From Octopus bimaculoides (Eukaryota), in NCBI RefSeq assembly GCF_001194135.2, contig NC_068990.1:61840794-61904793 (forward strand): 64,000 bases of DNA, in the 5' to 3' direction. This document shows, piece by piece, positions 60,760 through 64,000 of this stretch (position 1 is its first letter; each line of letters opens with the position of its first letter). The translations under genes were made by a program, and so were the position numbers. Under the pieces are notes generated by a model, which had not been told where the DNA came from, did not search any database, and saw nothing but the letters and a program-made list of their open reading frames with translations.

Positions 60760-61145
60760 CTTTACTTGTTAGTCATTAGACTATGGCCATGCTGGAGTAC
60801 AGCCTTGAAGAAGTTTTAGTTGAATGAATCGACTGCAGAACTTTTTTTTTTAAAGCCTGGTACTTATTCTACCAGTCTCTTTTGCTAAACTGCTAAGTTA
60901 CAGGGATGTAAACCCACCAACACCAGTTGTCAAGTGGTGATGGGGAACATACACAAGCAAACACACACACGTATATATACATATATACACACACACACAC
61001 ACATATATATANNNNNNNNNNACCAAATCCACTCACAAGGCTTTGACGACAGTAGAAAACACTTGCCCAAGGTGCCAACCAGTGGGACTGAACCTGGAAC
61101 TATGTGGTTGGGAAGCAAACTTCTTACCACACAGCCATGCCAGCA
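60760..61145 (-). mobile_element. SINE family A (contains a 10-N gap at 61012-61021)
   Basis: cttttatcctttacttgttagtcattagactatggccatgctgg...cttaccacacagccatgcc. Confidence 0.88.
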
Positions 61146-61879
61146 CTATAATGTATTTTGAATTACAATAATAAATTCATGTTTTGTTGAAAAGGTCTAA
61201 TAAATCTGAAATATGTCTAGAGTGGTCTTCCTTTTTTAACAATGATTAAAATAATATTAAGCATTAAGTTAATGTTAAACTATCTTTGCTACATAATTAT
61301 TTCTAATAAGATCATTGACAATCACGACATTAAATATGTTAACACTAATTTAACTAATGATAATGATAGCTTGGATTAAAACTGGAAAAGAAATTAGAAA
61401 TTCCACCTAATCATTAGTACGTGAACCATATCATTAAATAATATATATATCATAATAAATATGTATATAAATATACATATATCACTAGCAATAAACATTT
61501 AATGAATGAGCACAGAAATTATCTCTAGCTAAGGATCAGCTTAAAAAAAAAAACAATAATGTTCTTTCCTTTGGAACAGCCTAAACTACTGACTATTTTA
61601 AGAAATCATACACTATAAAGTCACAAAATAACATTTTTAAGTAAATTAAAAGATGCCATTATTTAACATAAAAATGATTAAGAGTATAGAGCCATTAGTG
61701 TTTATATAATTCGGTAAGTTTAGTGCTTCACAGTTCTATATTTAAGCTTTAGGTGTGGTCATATTTGTCTTTCTTTTCTCAGGAAGAGAAATGTTATCAA
61801 CCAGTAATATGTTGAAGTAGCCTCAATCAACGACACAAAATTACTTTGCACATAATTTAATAGGATTAAATATAAGTGC

Positions 61880-62277
61880 AGGCGTGGCTGTGTGGTAAGA
61901 AGCTTGCTTCGCAACCACATAATTCTGGGTTCAGTTCCACTGTGTGGCACTTTGGGCAACTGTCTTCTACTATATCCTCAGGCCAACCAAAGCTTTGTGA
62001 GTGGATTTGTTAGATGGAAACTGAAAGCAGCCCATCATATATACATACACACACACACATATATATATATGCTACGAGGTCTTTTCTCCCTCCAGTTTGG
62101 AGAGAGGTTACAGAACACTAGACATTAGGGTCCGAAGAAAAACTGAAAAGCTAAGCACTTTATGGATGTGAAACCCAAGGTGACCCCATAGACCAGTCAT
62201 AATTATCTTTATCTAATTATTCGACTGCTCTGTAACTTAGAGTCTGCTTCGCTTTTGGATTTATGATTTACTGATGA

Positions 62278-62308
<31 letters not shown>

Positions 62309-62480
62309 TTGTGGGTGTGTTAGTCCCTGTAACTTAGTGGTTCAGCAAAAGAGACCAATAAAATAATTATCAGACTTTAAAAAGAAATAAGTCCTTGGGC
62401 TGATTTATTTGACTAAGAATTCTTCAAGGCAGTGCCCCAGTATGACCGTGGGCTAATGACTGCAACAAGTAAAAGATATG
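61880..62480 (+). mobile_element. SINE family A with an internal insert of about 200 bp
   Basis: ggcgtggctgtgtggtaagaagcttgc... tail gtgccccagtatgaccgtgggctaatgactgcaacaag. Confidence 0.85.
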
Positions 62481-63149
62481 AAAATAAGAAGTGTCTATTT
62501 TATCTCAATTTCTGCTACTTATTCAATATTTAGAATCTAGGGAACGACATAGTTACCTTGCACTGGCAATGACTATTTGGCTGGCTGGCTGGCTTCAAGT
62601 TGATCAACCCCTTTCTTCCTCTGACACTAAAACTATCTTTTCGATTTAAAGACTGCTCTGATATGGTTAGGAGAAAATTACCAAGAAAATGTCAATGAGT
62701 GTAGATTAGTAACACCTTACAGGCGAAGCAGTGAAGAGCTAGCTACTAAGTTGTAGCTAGGACAGAAGGAACACGCAGTAGAAAATGAATGGGAAGATTT
62801 GTACCAGTCACTCCATTCTCCTATGTGAACGAAGGTCAGGAAAAAAATAGTCAGTGAGTGATAGGGTGTGTATGGTTAGGTAAGGTACCAGGCCATCAAG
62901 GATACCAATTAATTAAAGCTAATCAGAGACATTAGTAAGAGAGAGAGAGAGTACTCCAATAGCAATGGGGTCAGAGGTGGTTAGAGGGATAGCAGCAATA
63001 CTTACTTCCAGTTCAGACAACAGCACACATATACACACAGAAAATGACTATGAGTTCATACTTGAGCGTCAAACTATTGCTACAGAATACACACTCAATG
63101 GAAGTTCATTTATTTTTTCTATCTTTTACTTGTCTCAATCATTAGACTA

Positions 63150-63535
63150 CAGCCATGATGGGGCACCACTTTGAAGAATTTTTAGTTGAATGAATCGACA
63201 CCAGTACTTCTTTTATTTTTATTTTTTCTGAACCCTGCTACTTATTCTATTGATCTTTTTGCTGAACTGCTAATCACGGGATGTAAACACACCAACATCG
63301 GTTGTCAAGCGATGGTGGAGGGGACAAACACAGACACAAAGCAACATATATACACACAAACATGTATATATGATGAGCTTCTTTCAGTTTCTGTCTACCA
63401 TACCCACTCTCAAGGCTTTGGTCAGCCTGAGGCTATAGTGGAAGACACTTGTCCAAAGTTTCACGCAGTGGGACTGAGCGTGGAACCATGTGGTTGGGAA
63501 GCAAGCTACTTATTACATAGCCATGCTTATGCCTC
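63150..63535 (-). mobile_element. SINE family A, full length
   Basis: ttttacttgtctcaatcattagactacagccatg...ggaaccatgtggttgggaagc. Confidence 0.88.
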
Positions 63536-63759
63536 CATATAAATAAATTTTTAATATTATGTTAGTTGTTAAAATTTACAAATCTTTAGTTTTCTGATAA
63601 TCATATTTTAATAGTTAATTTTTTGTTAAATATCTGTTATTTTACACAGTCAGTTGTTGCCAGGCTTTAAAAGTTATCCTACCCTGTTTAAAATAAGCTT
63701 CAATTTTTTTTTTTTTTTTCTTGTTTCATCATTTTTAACGACATTTCTTTCAACTCTTT

Positions 63760-63935
63760 ATGTTCTGAGTTCAAATTCAACCAAGGTTACCTTCACTTTC
63801 CATCGTTTTGCGGCTGATAAGATATGTTCCAGTTAAGCACAGGGAGTGGTGGTGGTGGGGGGGGAAGGTCAGTGTAACTGCCTAACCTTCTCCCACTAAG
63901 ATTGCTTGCCTTGTGCCAAAATTCAAAACCATTAT
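63760..63935 (+). mobile_element. SINE family B, partial
   Basis: tatgttctgagttcaaattcaacc...gccttgtgccaaaattcaaaacc. Confidence 0.75.
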
Positions 63936-64000
63936 TTTATTTTAATTCCTAATTTATAAACCTCATCACAAAAGTAGCAACCAAGAATAGCATTTAGCCA

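Overview
AT-rich eukaryotic genomic DNA from a draft assembly with eight N-gaps. The SINE, MITE and microsatellite landscape matches what I recall of Octopus (coleoid cephalopod) genomes; this is inference, not a database result. I found no intact recognisable protein-coding gene, rRNA, functional tRNA or CRISPR array, so the window is probably intergenic or part of a very large intron. Content: many SINE copies, which I group by eye into families A-G (my own labels); decayed LINE fragments (RTE, RTE-X-like, Penelope RT and GIY-YIG, R4/Dong-like endonuclease); TTAA-, TA- and hAT-type MITEs; long inverted repeats; simple repeats. The most notable observations are: (i) several hammerhead-ribozyme motifs in Penelope-type repeats, one essentially intact at 31465-31527; (ii) a tRNA-Ser(TGA) pseudogene fused head-to-head to an RTE fragment; (iii) a SINE array whose spacer is better conserved than the SINE bodies; (iv) inserts in (TAA)n arrays; (v) a filled and an empty TTAA site 850 bp apart. 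Repeat boundaries were read by eye and are approximate (about +/-10-20 bp) unless termini are quoted.
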